Positions 31,880-43,249 of a DNA stretch of 64,000 nt are shown here, piece after piece (the stretch's first letter is position 1; each line of letters starts with the position of its first letter). The notes below the pieces were generated by a model that saw only the letters and a program-made list of their open reading frames with translations, did no database searches and was not told the origin of the DNA. Position numbers and translations under genes: made by a program. This DNA comes from Verrucomicrobiota bacterium (GTDB taxonomy: Bacteria; Verrucomicrobiota; Verrucomicrobiia; Limisphaerales; AAA164-E04). The stretch spans positions 1,344,001-1,408,000 of the forward strand of contig CP170459.1 of assembly GCA_047947115.1 (NCBI GenBank), in the 5' to 3' direction.

Positions 31880-32558
31880 TCAATCACAAAAATTGTAATA
31901 AAAGTTTATTCAATAGTTCACGTAAGTAATAGACGCTAACCTGCAGTATTTAGGTTAAGTATTACATAATTCCAAACTTTTTAGACTCTTAAATGAATTC
32001 TGGTATTTAATTTGTTTAGTTGATCCTTAAAGTGCGCCGTGAAAAGGTGCGAACCTCCAGTGGGAGAGGAAACTAAACCCACCCGGCAACTTTCGCTCCA
32101 GCCGGTAGCAGCCGAGGCAGACGTGGAAGTAATGAAGCGGCTGAAGCCCTTGGCGCAAAAGGCCCGAATTTAGTTGCGGGTCAGCGAACGAGCAGGCCGT
32201 AATGCGAATGAACACTGAGCAAGTCCCGAAACCAGACAGATGCGAATGCCGTCCTAGCTTTAAGATAGGGAAGGCTGCCATTACGTGGGAAGTGAGCGAA
32301 AACTGCACCACGCAAGTTCGCCGGGGCATTGGTGACGGCATGTCCGTGACAGGAGATTCGTTGCAACACGGGAAATCCCATTTTGTGGCCCTCACAAAGG
32401 CCAACCCTTATTCCGTGAGGAACAGAAGGGGCATCATGGGATGGCGGAAAGGTCCGTATAAGCAAAGAAGCGGTGTAATGACTGCAGAGCAAAGGGGCCT
32501 TAGTTCAAGTGAAACGCGTGAAGAGATAAAGGCCGGGAGATTGACATGAAACGTCTAG

Positions 32559-34041
32559 CAGCCCGTTAAAAAAGTCACAATTCTTCACGAAAAGATTCGT
32601 GATTGATCACATGATCAAGTAAAGTATTTGCCATGGCACTTGGCAAACGGAAAACGAAACAGCAAGAACTGTTCATTGCCTCCAATCAGATTCCCAAAAC
32701 GCCGGCTCACCCGTTTTATTCCAAACTCAATCAGGTTTTTGATGAGTGCGGATTTGATGCTTATGTCGAAGAGTTGTGCGCCCCGTTTTACAAGAATTTT
32801 GGTAGGCCAGGCATTGCGCCCGGTATTTATTTCCGGATGATTTTCATCGGATACTTTGAAGGGCTCAACAGTCAACGTGGTATCGCATGGAGATGTCATG
32901 ATAGCCTTTGCCTGCGTGAATTTCTCGGCATCAGTTTGACAGAGAAAACTCCTGTTCACGCATCGATGACAATTATCCGTCAACGCTTGTCCGATGAAGT
33001 GTTTCACAAGGTTTTCCTTTTTGTCCTTGAACAACTCAAAGAGAAAAAGCTTTTGAAGGGAAAAACTCTTGGTGTTGATGCCACCACCCTGGAAGCCAAT
33101 GCAGCCATGCGTAGCATCGTGCGCAAAGGGACGGGTGAGGATTGGAAAGAATACCTTCGTGAACTGGCCAAAGAAGAAGGCATTGAAAATCCGAGTGATG
33201 AAGACATTCAGCGCATCGACCGAGGGCGCAAGGGGAAGAAAGTTTCCAACAAAGAATGGCAAAGCAAGTCAGATCCGGACAGCCGCATTACCAAGATGAA
33301 AGATGGGCGCACACATCTTGCATATAAGGCTGAACATTCGGTGGACTTGGAAACCGAGGCAATTGTTTCTTGTCATGTCACACATGCAGATCAAGGCGAT
33401 ACAACCACGGGGCCTGAGAGCCTCATCTTGGCTGAAGCCAATCTACAATTAATCGAATCAGAAAGGACCGTTGAAGAGGCGGTGATGGACAAGGGATATC
33501 ACAGCAACGCATTGTTGGAACGGCTCACGCAGTGGGGTATCCGCACATACATACCAGAGAAGAAGCAAAAGAAGCGTAAGTGGGTGGACAAGCCGGAAAG
33601 CTACGAACACGCATTCCGTGGTAATCGACGAAGAGTTCGGAGTGTCAAGGGTAAGCGACTGAGTCGAAAACGAAGCGAACTTGTGGAGCGAACATTTGCT
33701 CATGTGTGCGAAACAGGAGCTGGACGTCGAACCTGGCTCCAGGGAATGGAAAATGTCACCAAGATTCACACACTGAAGTGCGCAGCATTCAACCTCGGAT
33801 TGCTGATGCGGAAAATCTTTGGCCTCGCCAAGCCAAGAAACTGGGAAGCGAGCCTCGCTACCGCTTTGACGGCTGCTTTTGTCATAATTTTTGGCGAATG
33901 GATGACTCAGGGGGCGATAAATATGGCTCCCGCCGTCCTTTTACTGATTTCCACCATTTTATTATGCAGCTTGATGAAATCGAAGCCGGACGAGATTCGG
34001 ATCATTCGGTTTTTCGAAATTGGCACTTATTAAACGGGCTG
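32559..34041 (+). mobile_element. IS1182-like DDE element
   Basis: IR CAGCCCGTT / AACGGGCTG, TSD CTAG. Confidence 0.88.
32633..34033 (+). CDS. DDE transposase (IS1182-like)
   Basis: GRPGIAP, VDATTLEANA, DKGY, VERTFA. Confidence 0.88.
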   Translation: MALGKRKTKQQELFIASNQIPKTPAHPFYSKLNQVFDECGFDAYVEELCAPFYKNFGRPGIAPGIYFRMIFIGYFEGLNSQRGIAWRCHDSLCLREFLGISLTEKTPVHASMTIIRQRLSDEVFHKVFLFVLEQLKEKKLLKGKTLGVDATTLEANAAMRSIVRKGTGEDWKEYLRELAKEEGIENPSDEDIQRIDRGRKGKKVSNKEWQSKSDPDSRITKMKDGRTHLAYKAEHSVDLETEAIVSCHVTHADQGDTTTGPESLILAEANLQLIESERTVEEAVMDKGYHSNALLERLTQWGIRTYIPEKKQKKRKWVDKPESYEHAFRGNRRRVRSVKGKRLSRKRSELVERTFAHVCETGAGRRTWLQGMENVTKIHTLKCAAFNLGLLMRKIFGLAKPRNWEASLATALTAAFVIIFGEWMTQGAINMAPAVLLLISTILLCSLMKSKPDEIRIIRFFEIGTY

Positions 34042-35521
34042 CTAGGAACCCCATTAAAGGTCAGAGAACTTCAGAGCGCGTTGCATGCGAAAGCGAAGGG
34101 AGATCCGGTTTTTCGGTTCTATAGCCTCTACGATAAACTAATTCGAAAAGACATCCTTTTAGATGCCTGGCGGCGTTGTCGAATCAACGATGGGGCAGCT
34201 GGAATTGATAAGGAAACATTCGAGTCGATAGAGAAGGAAGGGCTGGAGAAATGGCTGGATCTACTGGTGAAGGAGTTAAGGGAAAAGACATACCAACCCC
34301 GACCGGTAAAACGGGTTTGGATCCCGAAGCCTAACGGAAAACTTCGGCCTTTAGGTCTGCCTTGTATAAGAGATCGAGTTGCCCAAATGGCAACGGTGAT
34401 CTTGCTAGAGCCGATCTTCAAGGCCGATTTGGCAGACGAGCAATATGGTTATCGGCCAGGACGAAGTGCGCATGATGCCGTAAGGCAAATCCACCGTAGT
34501 CTTAATGAGGGACACCGTGAAGTTATTGACGCTGATCTCAGCGGATATTTCGATACGATTCCACATGCGGAATTGATGAAATGTTTGGCACGAAGAATAA
34601 GCGACGGAGCGATGTTGCACCTGCTCAAGATGTGGTTGGAAATGCCGGTCGAAGAGATTGATGAGCGTGGAAGAATCCATCGTTCTACAGATAACCGAGA
34701 TACAGGACGGGGAACACCTCAAGGTGCCCCTATCTCGCCTCTATTATCAAACCTCTACATGCGACGCTTTGTTTTGGGGTGGAAGCAACGCGGTCTTGAC
34801 CGACGATTTCAGAGTCGACTTGTCGTTTATGCGGACGACTTTGTCATCTTGTGTCGCTATCAAAGTCAAGAAGCGATGATCCAGATGAAGAAACTAATGA
34901 TATGCCTCAAACTGCAAGTCAACGAACAGAAAACAAGCATTCGGAAATTACCTGAAGAAGATATGGAATTTCTAGGTTACCGGATTGGCCAATACTATTC
35001 GGTCAAACGGAAAAGATCCTTCATTGGAACCAGTCCTTCGAAGAAGGGAGTGCAGAGCTTCTGTAAGGAGATTAGCAAAATGACGCGACGCCAGAGGTTT
35101 CACCTGGAACCAGAAGAGCTCGTAAGTCAAATAAACCGAAAACTTAGGGGGTGGGCGAATTACTTTTGTCTGGGCTCCGTGAGCCGAAGTTATCGGGTAG
35201 TGGACAATCACACCCGGCACCGGCTCCGCCAGTGGCTAAATGGAAAACGACGCAGCCAAGGTGTATATCCGGTTAGGCAGTCAGCTGCCTACCTGCATCG
35301 AAAATTAGGGCTGCTGTGCCTCGAAGGCACCACGAAACGCCTACCGTGGGCGAAGGCATGAGAACCTTGTCCGAAAGCCGGATGCGGGAAAACCGCATGT
35401 CCGGTTTGCTGAGCGGGATCTGGAAACGTATGCAAGGAAAGATTAGTGAGGCACCGTAGGTCGAAAGACTCGGTAACAGATAGATCGATCCTAAACATGG
35501 CGCGTCAGATCTCGACTCTAC

Positions 35522-36692
35522 AACTCACGATAGGTGCAATTTTATTGGATTTTTTGCGGTTTTTGCTTCGCCATTTCGACCGGGGAAAAGTATAGTTGTT
35601 GAAGTTCCTGGTCGATTTGCCTCTATGAAATCAAAGCTCAAGCCTTCCCAACAACGATCACTCATTTTTCCCACACTCTCCGAACAGTGTGATCCGTGGC
35701 AACCACTCAAAAAATTGGCCGACGCCATTCCTTGGGATAAGTTCGAAAACGCTTTTTCGGATTACTACAGCGAGGTAGGCCGGCCCGCCAAACCCATCCG
35801 TTTGATGGTGGGCTTGCTAATATTGAAACAACTTGGAAATTTGAGTGATGAGGTTGTCGTTGAAAGATGGATCCAGAATCCCTACTACCAGTATTTTTGC
35901 GGGATGACGGAATTTGAGTGGGACTTTCCCTGCAATCCATCCGACCTGGTTCATTTTCGAAATCGGATCGGTGAAGAAGGTCTGCATCTGATCTTTGCAA
36001 TTACCACTGACCTTCATCGCAATCGAATTGAAAAGGAGAGTGAGATCAATGTGGATACCACGGTTCAGGAAAAGAACATAACTGTTCTAACGGATAGCAA
36101 ACTACATTCACGGATTATCGGTCGATGCTGGCGCCTGGCCGACAAGTATGGAATCAAACTGCGACGGCGTTATCGCAAAGAGCTGCGAGAATGTTTGCTG
36201 AGCCAAAGGTGGCGGCGTCATCCAGGAAAGGCCAAGCTTGCACGCAAGGCGCAGAAACACATCAAGACAATCGCGGGTATCTTTCTGCGTGAACTGGATA
36301 GAAAATTACCAAGGCAAATCCTTAAAGCTCACCTTGAAGATTTCAAACTTTACCTTCGAGTCCTGAATCAACAGAAGAACGACAAGAATAAGGTCTACTC
36401 TTTGCATGAACCGCAGGCCTACTGCATCGCCAAGGGCAAGGAAAACAAGAAGAATGAGTATGACAGTAAAGCATCGGTCGCCGTGACAGCAGATACAGGC
36501 ATCATTGTCAGTGTTGTTGCTCATCCTGAAAACATTTATGATGGCCATACTTTACCGGAAGTCTTGGAATTAGCGGAAGCTGTCATGGGAGAACGACCGA
36601 AGAAGGGCATTGTGGATCGTGGCTATCAAGGCGAAAAACATCTTGATGGAACGGACATACTTTCACCCGAGAACGGTAAAGCTGAACAAACC
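35522..36692 (+). mobile_element. IS5 type A copy 2 (outer left end at 32017-32031), 3'-truncated
   Basis: Near-identical to about 12048-13220; ORF 35625-36767 is fused to IS1182-end sequence. Confidence 0.9.
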
Positions 36693-36768
36693 TTTATTAT
36701 GCAGCTTGATGAAATCGAAGCGGGACGAGATTTGGATCATTCTGTTTTACAAATTAGCACTTATTAAA

Positions 36769-38225
36769 CACAGCCATCCCATAGGATGACTCAAAAAAGG
36801 GCTGGTAATCTTTCTTGAACCCTGCCACTCAGCAGGGATGAAATCCAAAAAACGAAAACCAACCCGTAGCAAGATCACTGCCCTCAGTCAGATTTGCAAC
36901 CTCATTCCAGGCCATTTGGTCAAAAAACTTTCCAACGAAACTGGTGCTGAGAAAAAAGCACGCAGCTTTTCTTCGTGGAGTCATGTCGTTTCCATGCTCT
37001 ATGCTCAAATGTCTCGGAGCATCGGATTGAATGACGTGTGCGACAGTTTGCAGATTCATTCAGGGCCTCTCTCGCAAATCCGAGGTGCCAGACCACCCAG
37101 TCGCAACGGGCTTTCCCATGCCAATAAAAACCGGACGGCCAAGCTGCCGGAAAGATTGTTTTGGGAAGTCACTGACCATTTGAAGACGACCTTTCCTCAA
37201 CATGCCCAAGGAAGGCTTCCCAAAGGACTCTTCAGATTCAAGAGACAGATCCACATCATCGATTCCACAACGATTGAACTTGTGGCCAACTGCATGGATT
37301 GGGCAAAACACCGAAGGCGCAAGGCGGCGGCCAAAACACACATGCGGCTAGACATGGAAAGCATGCTTCCCCGTTTTGCCATCGTTGATACGGCCAAACA
37401 CAACGACAATTTGCGTGCCCGCGAACTGTGTGCCGGACTAAAAGCAGGCGAAATCGTCATATTTGACAGGGCTTACAACGACTTTGATCATCTCAAGGAT
37501 CTTGAAGAGCGCAATGTCCAATGGGTGGGACGACAGAAAAAGCGCACCGCATACGAAGTGATCGACCGCATGGAAACCAGCGGGGACGTCACACACGATG
37601 AACTTATTGTTCTTAACAACGGATTGGTTGTCAGAAGGGTGAGCGCATGGGTTGAAGTAGAAGGCAAACAACGCAAGTTCACTTTCTTGACCAACAATCG
37701 GAAATGGAGCGCTCAAACCATTTGCGAGCTCTACAAGGCCCGGTGGCAGATCGAAGTGTTTTTCAAACAGATCAAGCAGACACTCAAGTTGAGCGACTTT
37801 CTCGGCCATTCAGCAAACGCAGTGCGTTGGCAAATTTGGACGGCTCTCCTTGTTTATGTACTGCTCCGGTTCCTCAGTCGGATGAGTTCGTGGTCCCATA
37901 GTTTTACTCGAGTTTTTGCAGTGGTGCGTGCTGCCCTATGGGAGCGCATTGATCTGCTCGGATTTTTGAGAATGCTCTGTGGGACAGCAGACGGTGATTT
38001 TAGAAACCTGGCCCGACCAGATCAGGCATATTTCCCAGGATTTTAAGGGGAATCAGGAAAGTTCCTGGGACAGCACAATCACCAGAAAGGAGCAAATACC
38101 CCAGCAAGGAGAAAGAGGTCCGAAAAAATCAAAATCTCGAAAATGAGCATTAGCCCAACGTCATACAAATTCCTTGGGAAAATGGAACATTTTGCCATCA
38201 CCAGATGGCTTATGGGATGCTACTG
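36769..38225 (+). mobile_element. IS4-family element (diverged relative of 28893-30340)
   Basis: Same IR type, 9-bp TSD CTTATTAAA. Confidence 0.92.
36838..38046 (+). CDS. IS4-family transposase
   Basis: 402 aa, same motifs as 28962-30170. Confidence 0.92.
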   Translation: MKSKKRKPTRSKITALSQICNLIPGHLVKKLSNETGAEKKARSFSSWSHVVSMLYAQMSRSIGLNDVCDSLQIHSGPLSQIRGARPPSRNGLSHANKNRTAKLPERLFWEVTDHLKTTFPQHAQGRLPKGLFRFKRQIHIIDSTTIELVANCMDWAKHRRRKAAAKTHMRLDMESMLPRFAIVDTAKHNDNLRARELCAGLKAGEIVIFDRAYNDFDHLKDLEERNVQWVGRQKKRTAYEVIDRMETSGDVTHDELIVLNNGLVVRRVSAWVEVEGKQRKFTFLTNNRKWSAQTICELYKARWQIEVFFKQIKQTLKLSDFLGHSANAVRWQIWTALLVYVLLRFLSRMSSWSHSFTRVFAVVRAALWERIDLLGFLRMLCGTADGDFRNLARPDQAYFPGF

Positions 38226-38316
38226 CTTATTAAACGGGCTGTTAACTAGCAGCAATACGCATCATAAATCATGCTTGTAAAGAACTCAATAAAACGAAAA
38301 AACACGTAAAAGTAAA

Positions 38317-39144
38317 ATGAAGTCTACACTGTTAAATTTAATAAGGTATTTAATGCGTAAAAATATACTGAATCGAAGTATACTAGATGCAAAAATTTTT
38401 CGTGCCAAATCACCTAAAATATATAAATTGTTTCGAAAATTTAAAGGAAATCGATGTGTTATAATCGGAAATGGGCCTAGTTTAAATGAATGCGATTTAA
38501 AATTATTAGAAAACGAGTTTACCTTTGGGGTTAACGGAATATTTTATAAGACTAAAGAATGTGGATTTAGACCGACATTTTACACGGTAGAAGATAGCCA
38601 TGTAATGCGTGATAACTTAAAAGAAATTATTTCTTTTGAGGCCCCTTATAAATTTTTTCCCACAAATTATTTAAAATATTTCCGTGGTCAAAAGTGTGAC
38701 AATCTTTACTTTTTCAACATGAATAGGGGTTTTTATGAAGTTGCCGGTGATAACTATGAGAAACCTTATATAAGCACTGATTGCAGTGAAGTGGTTTACT
38801 GTGGGCAATCAGTTACAATAATAAATTTACAATTAGCACTTTATATGGGATTCTCGCAAATTTATTTGATCGGTATGGATTTTGATTATGAAATCCCCGC
38901 TTCTGCCATAGTGGAAGGTCAAGATATAACTTCGACAGACTATGACGTAAACCATTTTCATCCTGACTATTTTGGTAAAGGTAAAAAGTGGCACGATCCT
39001 AAATTACATAATGTTTTAAAATCTTACAAACACATTCAGGATGTGGCCAATAAAATGGATGTTAAGATTTTTAACGCTACTAAAGGTGGGAAATTGGAAG
39101 TTTTTGAAAGGGTAAATTATGAAAACGTCTTCAAAGCTACTTAG
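38317..39144 (+). CDS. DUF115/Maf-like protein, putative ulosonic-acid transferase
   Basis: IIGNGPSL, LQLALYMGFSQIYLIGMDF, NHFHPDY, IFNATKGGKLEVF. Confidence 0.75.
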   Translation: MKSTLLNLIRYLMRKNILNRSILDAKIFRAKSPKIYKLFRKFKGNRCVIIGNGPSLNECDLKLLENEFTFGVNGIFYKTKECGFRPTFYTVEDSHVMRDNLKEIISFEAPYKFFPTNYLKYFRGQKCDNLYFFNMNRGFYEVAGDNYEKPYISTDCSEVVYCGQSVTIINLQLALYMGFSQIYLIGMDFDYEIPASAIVEGQDITSTDYDVNHFHPDYFGKGKKWHDPKLHNVLKSYKHIQDVANKMDVKIFNATKGGKLEVFERVNYENVFKAT

Positions 39145-39973
39145 TTGTGTGTTAACTACACGAGATAAAACAAGCTTTGTTAATTGTTTTATTCAGTCCA
39201 TTGAAAAAAGTAATTTAAGTCAAAAAGTTGAGCTGATTATCATTATTCAAAGCAATTCAGGAATAACTTTTAGTCATAATCGTAACATTGAAATAAAAGA
39301 AATACATACCGGTAATCTTTCATTGAGTAAAGCTAGAAATATAGGTCTACAATATGCTAAAGGTTTAATTGTTTCATTTCCAGACGACGACTGTTTGTAT
39401 GATCGGTATTTAATTAAAAAACTTGAAGAATTGCATCAAAAGTTTTGTGATTCAAGTTTTGTAGGTATTTTAAAAACGTTGGACAACAAAGATCATCCAT
39501 TTTCTGGTAAAATAAAATTACGTAACTTGAGTAAAGTTTTAATTAGTAACTATATTGACATTACCACAAGTGTAACGGTATTCTTTAGGAATAAAAATCT
39601 ACCAAGATTTGATGAAAGATTTGGCTTAGGTGCGAATTTTCCATCTTGTGAAGAACACATATTTACTCAATCACTGCTCTACGGCCAAAAGGACTTAGTT
39701 TTTTGTAAAGAGTTAAAAGTGTTTCATCCGTTGGTTAATTATGATGAGAAGCGGTTGAGGCAAAGTAGCATAGGGCACGGTGCATTTATTGGTCTGCTGT
39801 TTCATAAGTATGGCCTTCTCAATAAATATACTATAAACGCTTTATGGGTGTATTATTTAAGAAATATCGTCGGTCTGTTGTTTTTAAAAAAAACAACACC
39901 CTTAAATTTCAGAAAGATTTTTGTCAAATACAGAATTAAAGGTTTTTGTGAGTTTTTTAAGTGCATTCGTTAG
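39119..39973 (+). CDS. Glycosyltransferase family 2
   Basis: LSKARNIGL..FPDDD, FDERFGLG..SCEE. Confidence 0.85.
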   Translation: MKTSSKLLSCVLTTRDKTSFVNCFIQSIEKSNLSQKVELIIIIQSNSGITFSHNRNIEIKEIHTGNLSLSKARNIGLQYAKGLIVSFPDDDCLYDRYLIKKLEELHQKFCDSSFVGILKTLDNKDHPFSGKIKLRNLSKVLISNYIDITTSVTVFFRNKNLPRFDERFGLGANFPSCEEHIFTQSLLYGQKDLVFCKELKVFHPLVNYDEKRLRQSSIGHGAFIGLLFHKYGLLNKYTINALWVYYLRNIVGLLFLKKTTPLNFRKIFVKYRIKGFCEFFKCIR

Positions 39974-40110
39974 CTTACTCCAAACAATTCTTTCACCAGA
40001 AAGGGCCGTATAGTTAAATATCTTTACTGTAGTTGATCCTTAACAGCCCGTTAAAAAAGTCACAATTCTTCACGAAAAGAATCGTGATTGATCACATGAT
40101 CAAGTAAAGT

Positions 40111-41458
40111 GGTTCTTCGATAATTCCAGTGGAATTAACTTAAGCCGGGATTCTGAGTTTGCCTGCTACAAAGTAAAGCATAGTGGTCATGTATACGGAT
40201 GAGCGAAAACCTCTGGCCTTCCGCTTGACCGCGCTGAAAACGCTATTCAATCCTTCCATGAACGCTGTGGTCAGTTTCTTTTTCCAATGAGCAAGTATAC
40301 CTTCCAAGTGACGTTCAATACTGTTTGCCACCTTGACCATTGGTTCCAACAAGTCCCCTGATTTTTTCGCCCTTCGTTTTACCCATCCTATCCATTTGAC
40401 CATGTTTTTTCGCGCTGTAACCTCATTGCGACTGCGATAGACTTGTTGGAAATTTAATCGCATCTGGTAGGCGATTCCGGTTACTAAATTCTTCAAATCC
40501 AATTCCTCTAGCTGCTGGGTTTGACTCTTGGTTAGATTGGAGGGGTTTTTACGAAATATCCAACGACTTGCTATGAGCTCCTTTTTGAAATCCTTGTCTC
40601 CTTGATTTGCTTCGGCTTTGCGCACTTTATCGACTGCGTCATTGACCATGGCCACAGCATGATACTTGTCGAATACAATCTCTGCGTTGCATAGATTCTC
40701 CCTTACTCCCTTTTGATAGGCCGGACTCATATCGATGGCAACTTGAGTGATCGCTTTTGGATGTCCGTTGTGCGCATATAACGCATCAGCAAAGCGTTGG
40801 AATGTTTCAGCGTCTTTGCCCTCGGTGGCAAAAATGACTCGCTTCTCCATCAAATCAGCAAACACCGTCAGGTAATCATGCCCTTTGCGTGCAGACAATT
40901 CGTCCGCACCGATCCAAACCACTTCACTCATATCCAACTTGGAATACGCTTCGTCAACATGGGCAAAAAGAATGCGCCACATGCGTTGATCACACTCTCC
41001 AATCAGTCCTGATGCTTTACTAACCGGCATCTCCCTCATCAATGCCAACGCAAACCCCTCAAACGCCTGAGTAAAATGTTTTCCTTTACCCTCCCAGGGA
41101 ACTTTAACCCGATAGGTTCGGTGACAAGATGGGCATTTGCCGCGAGGCACATTGCAGAGAATTTCAGATCGTTTTCCAAATACATCCATATGTCGCCAAG
41201 ACCTTGTTTCGGTGTGATCGTAACAGGTAATCCCAGACGATTTGCAGGTCTGATGGGGACAAACTTCTTTCTCCCAGAGTTTGTCAGTTTCAGTAATAAC
41301 CATGAAAAACTTTTCCGTCTCTGAATCGTAGTCAACGCCTCGAACTTCCCAACACTCATCAAGTCCCAGCAATCCATGAATGGTCTTCTCAATATTCATG
41401 GAGCCATCATCTCACGACAGTTCCAAATGCTCAATTCCACTGTTTTTGTCGAAGAACC
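40111..41458 (-). mobile_element. ISL3-family element copy 2, intact
   Basis: IR GGTTCTTCGA, 8-bp TSD AGTAAAGT. Confidence 0.93.
40140..41399 (-). CDS. ISL3 transposase
   Basis: Zinc finger, IGADE, IDMSPAY, FDKYH, EGLNS..KRKARGFR. Confidence 0.92.
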   Translation of the reverse strand: MNIEKTIHGLLGLDECWEVRGVDYDSETEKFFMVITETDKLWEKEVCPHQTCKSSGITCYDHTETRSWRHMDVFGKRSEILCNVPRGKCPSCHRTYRVKVPWEGKGKHFTQAFEGFALALMREMPVSKASGLIGECDQRMWRILFAHVDEAYSKLDMSEVVWIGADELSARKGHDYLTVFADLMEKRVIFATEGKDAETFQRFADALYAHNGHPKAITQVAIDMSPAYQKGVRENLCNAEIVFDKYHAVAMVNDAVDKVRKAEANQGDKDFKKELIASRWIFRKNPSNLTKSQTQQLEELDLKNLVTGIAYQMRLNFQQVYRSRNEVTARKNMVKWIGWVKRRAKKSGDLLEPMVKVANSIERHLEGILAHWKKKLTTAFMEGLNSVFSAVKRKARGFRSSVYMTTMLYFVAGKLRIPA

Positions 41459-41473
41459 AGTAAAGTATTTGCT

Positions 41474-42874
41474 ATGGCACTTGGTAAACGGAAAACGAAA
41501 CAGCAAGAACTGTTCATTGCCTCCAATCAGATTCCCAAAACGCCGGCTCACCCGTTTTACTCCAAATTCAATCAGGTTTTTGATGAGTGCGGATTTGATG
41601 CTTATGTTGAAGAGTTGTGTGCCACGTTTTACAAGAATTTTGGTAGGCCAGGCATTGCGCCCGGAATTTATTTCCGAATGATTTTCATCGGTTACTTTGA
41701 AGGGCTCAACAGTCAACGAGGTATCGCATGGAGATGTCATGACAGCCTTTGCCTGCGTGAATTTCTCGGCATCAGTTTGACGGAGAAAACTCCTGTTCAC
41801 GCATCGATGACAATTATCCGTCAACGCTTGTCCGATGAAGTGTTTCACAAGGTTTTCCATTTTGTCCTTGAACAACTCAAAGAGAAAAAGCTTTTGAAGG
41901 GAAAAACTCTTGGTGTCGATGCTACCACCCTGGAAGCCAATGCAGCCATGCGTAGCATCGTGCGCAAAGGCACAGGTGAGGATTGGAAAGAATACCTTCG
42001 TGAACTGGCCAAAGAAGAAGGCATTGAAAATCCGAGTGATGAGGACATTCAGCGCATCGCCCGAGGGCGCAAGGGGAAGAAAGTTTCCAACAAAGAATGG
42101 CAAAGCAAGTCAGATCCGGACAGCCGCATTACCAAGTTGAAAGATGGGCGCACATATCTTGCATATAAGGCTGAACATTCGGTGGACTTGGAAACCGAGG
42201 CAATTGTTTCTTGTCATGTCACTCATGCAGATCAAGGCGATACAACCACGGGGCCTGAGAGCCTCATCTTGGCTGAAGCCAATCTACAGTTAATCGAATC
42301 AGAAAGGACCGTTGAAGAAGCGGTGATGGACAAGGGATATCACAGCAACGCATTGTTGGAACGGCTCACGCAGTGGGGTATCCGCACATACATTCCAGAG
42401 AAGAAGCAAAAGAAGCGTAAGTGGGTGGACAAACCGGAATCCTACGAACACGCATTCCGCGGTAATCGACGAAGAGTTCGGAGTGACAAGGGTAAGCGAC
42501 TGAGTCGAAAACGAAGCGAACTTGTGGAGCGAACATTTGCTCATGTGTGCGAAACCGGAGCTGGACGTCGAACCTGGCTCCAGGGAATGGAAAATGTCAC
42601 CAAGATTCACACACTGAAGTGCGCAGCATTCAACCTCGGATTGCTGATACGGAAAATCTTTGGCCTCGCCAAGCCAAGAAACTGGGAAGCGAGCCTCGCT
42701 ACCGCTTTGGCGGCCGTTTTTTTCATGATTTTTGGCGAATGGATGACTCAGGGGGCGATAAGAATGGCTCCCGCCGACCTTTTACTGATTTCCACCATTT
42801 TATTATGCAGCTTGATGAAATCGAAGCGGGACGAGATTCGGATCATTCTGTTTTACAAAATTAGCACTTATTAA
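41474..42874 (+). CDS. DDE transposase (IS1182-like)
   Basis: Near-identical to 32633-34033. Confidence 0.88.
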   Translation: MALGKRKTKQQELFIASNQIPKTPAHPFYSKFNQVFDECGFDAYVEELCATFYKNFGRPGIAPGIYFRMIFIGYFEGLNSQRGIAWRCHDSLCLREFLGISLTEKTPVHASMTIIRQRLSDEVFHKVFHFVLEQLKEKKLLKGKTLGVDATTLEANAAMRSIVRKGTGEDWKEYLRELAKEEGIENPSDEDIQRIARGRKGKKVSNKEWQSKSDPDSRITKLKDGRTYLAYKAEHSVDLETEAIVSCHVTHADQGDTTTGPESLILAEANLQLIESERTVEEAVMDKGYHSNALLERLTQWGIRTYIPEKKQKKRKWVDKPESYEHAFRGNRRRVRSDKGKRLSRKRSELVERTFAHVCETGAGRRTWLQGMENVTKIHTLKCAAFNLGLLIRKIFGLAKPRNWEASLATALAAVFFMIFGEWMTQGAIRMAPADLLLISTILLCSLMKSKRDEIRIILFYKISTY

Positions 42875-42887
42875 ACGGGCTGTTAAA

Positions 42888-43249
42888 GTGTGCCGTGAAA
42901 AGGTGCGAACCTCCAGTGGGAGAGGAAACTAATCTCCCCCGGCAACTTTCGCTCCAACCGGTAGCAGTCGAGGCAGACGTGGAAGCAATGAAGCGGCTGA
43001 AGCCCTGGGTGTAAAAGGCCCGAATTTAGTTGTGGGTCAGCGAGCGAGCAGGCCGTAGTACGAATGAACACTGAGCAAGTCCCAAATCCAGACAGATGCG
43101 AATGCCGACCTAGCTTTAAGATAGGGAAGGTTGCCATTGCGTGGGAAGTGAGCGAAAACCGCACCACGCAAGTTCGCCGGGGCATTGGTGACGGCATGTT
43201 CGTGAAAGGAGATTCGTCGCAACACGGGACGTCCCATTATGTGGCCCTA
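42888..43249 (+). mobile_element. 5' fragment of a second group II intron copy (a few more nt at 44092-44098)
   Basis: GTGTG start, close match to 32032-32393. Confidence 0.88.

Larger units (their letters stand above)
32546..35361 (+). pseudogene. ltrA: Group II intron reverse transcriptase/maturase, split after codon 4 (32546-32558 plus 34046-35361)
   Basis: Removing the IS gives MKRLGTPLKVREL..; RPLGLP..DR, PQGAPISPLLSN, YADD; no HNH domain seen. Confidence 0.9.
32032..35521 (+). mobile_element. Group II intron with RT/maturase ORF, interrupted by an IS1182-like element
   Basis: 5' GTGCG, domain V AGCCGGATGCGGGAAAACCGCATGTCCGGTT from 35376, 3' ..CTCTAC; flanks rejoin to the IS5 end seen at 12033. 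Confidence 0.93.
36693..38241 (+). mobile_element. Right-end remnant of the IS1182-like element, interrupted by IS4
   Basis: 36693-36768 plus 38235-38241 match about 42799-42882. Confidence 0.8.
40044..42882 (+). mobile_element. IS1182-like element copy 2 carrying a nested ISL3
   Basis: IR CAGCCCGTT / AACGGGCTG, TSD TTAA. Confidence 0.88.

Noticed and set aside
34046..35361. RT as retron, DGR or driver of the repeat array
   Set aside because: It sits within a complete group II intron with its own IS5 target; nothing links it to the repeats
28857..40111. Inversion between the opposed ISL3 copies
   Set aside because: Copy 2 retains its matching TSD and the enclosed genes keep the operon orientation
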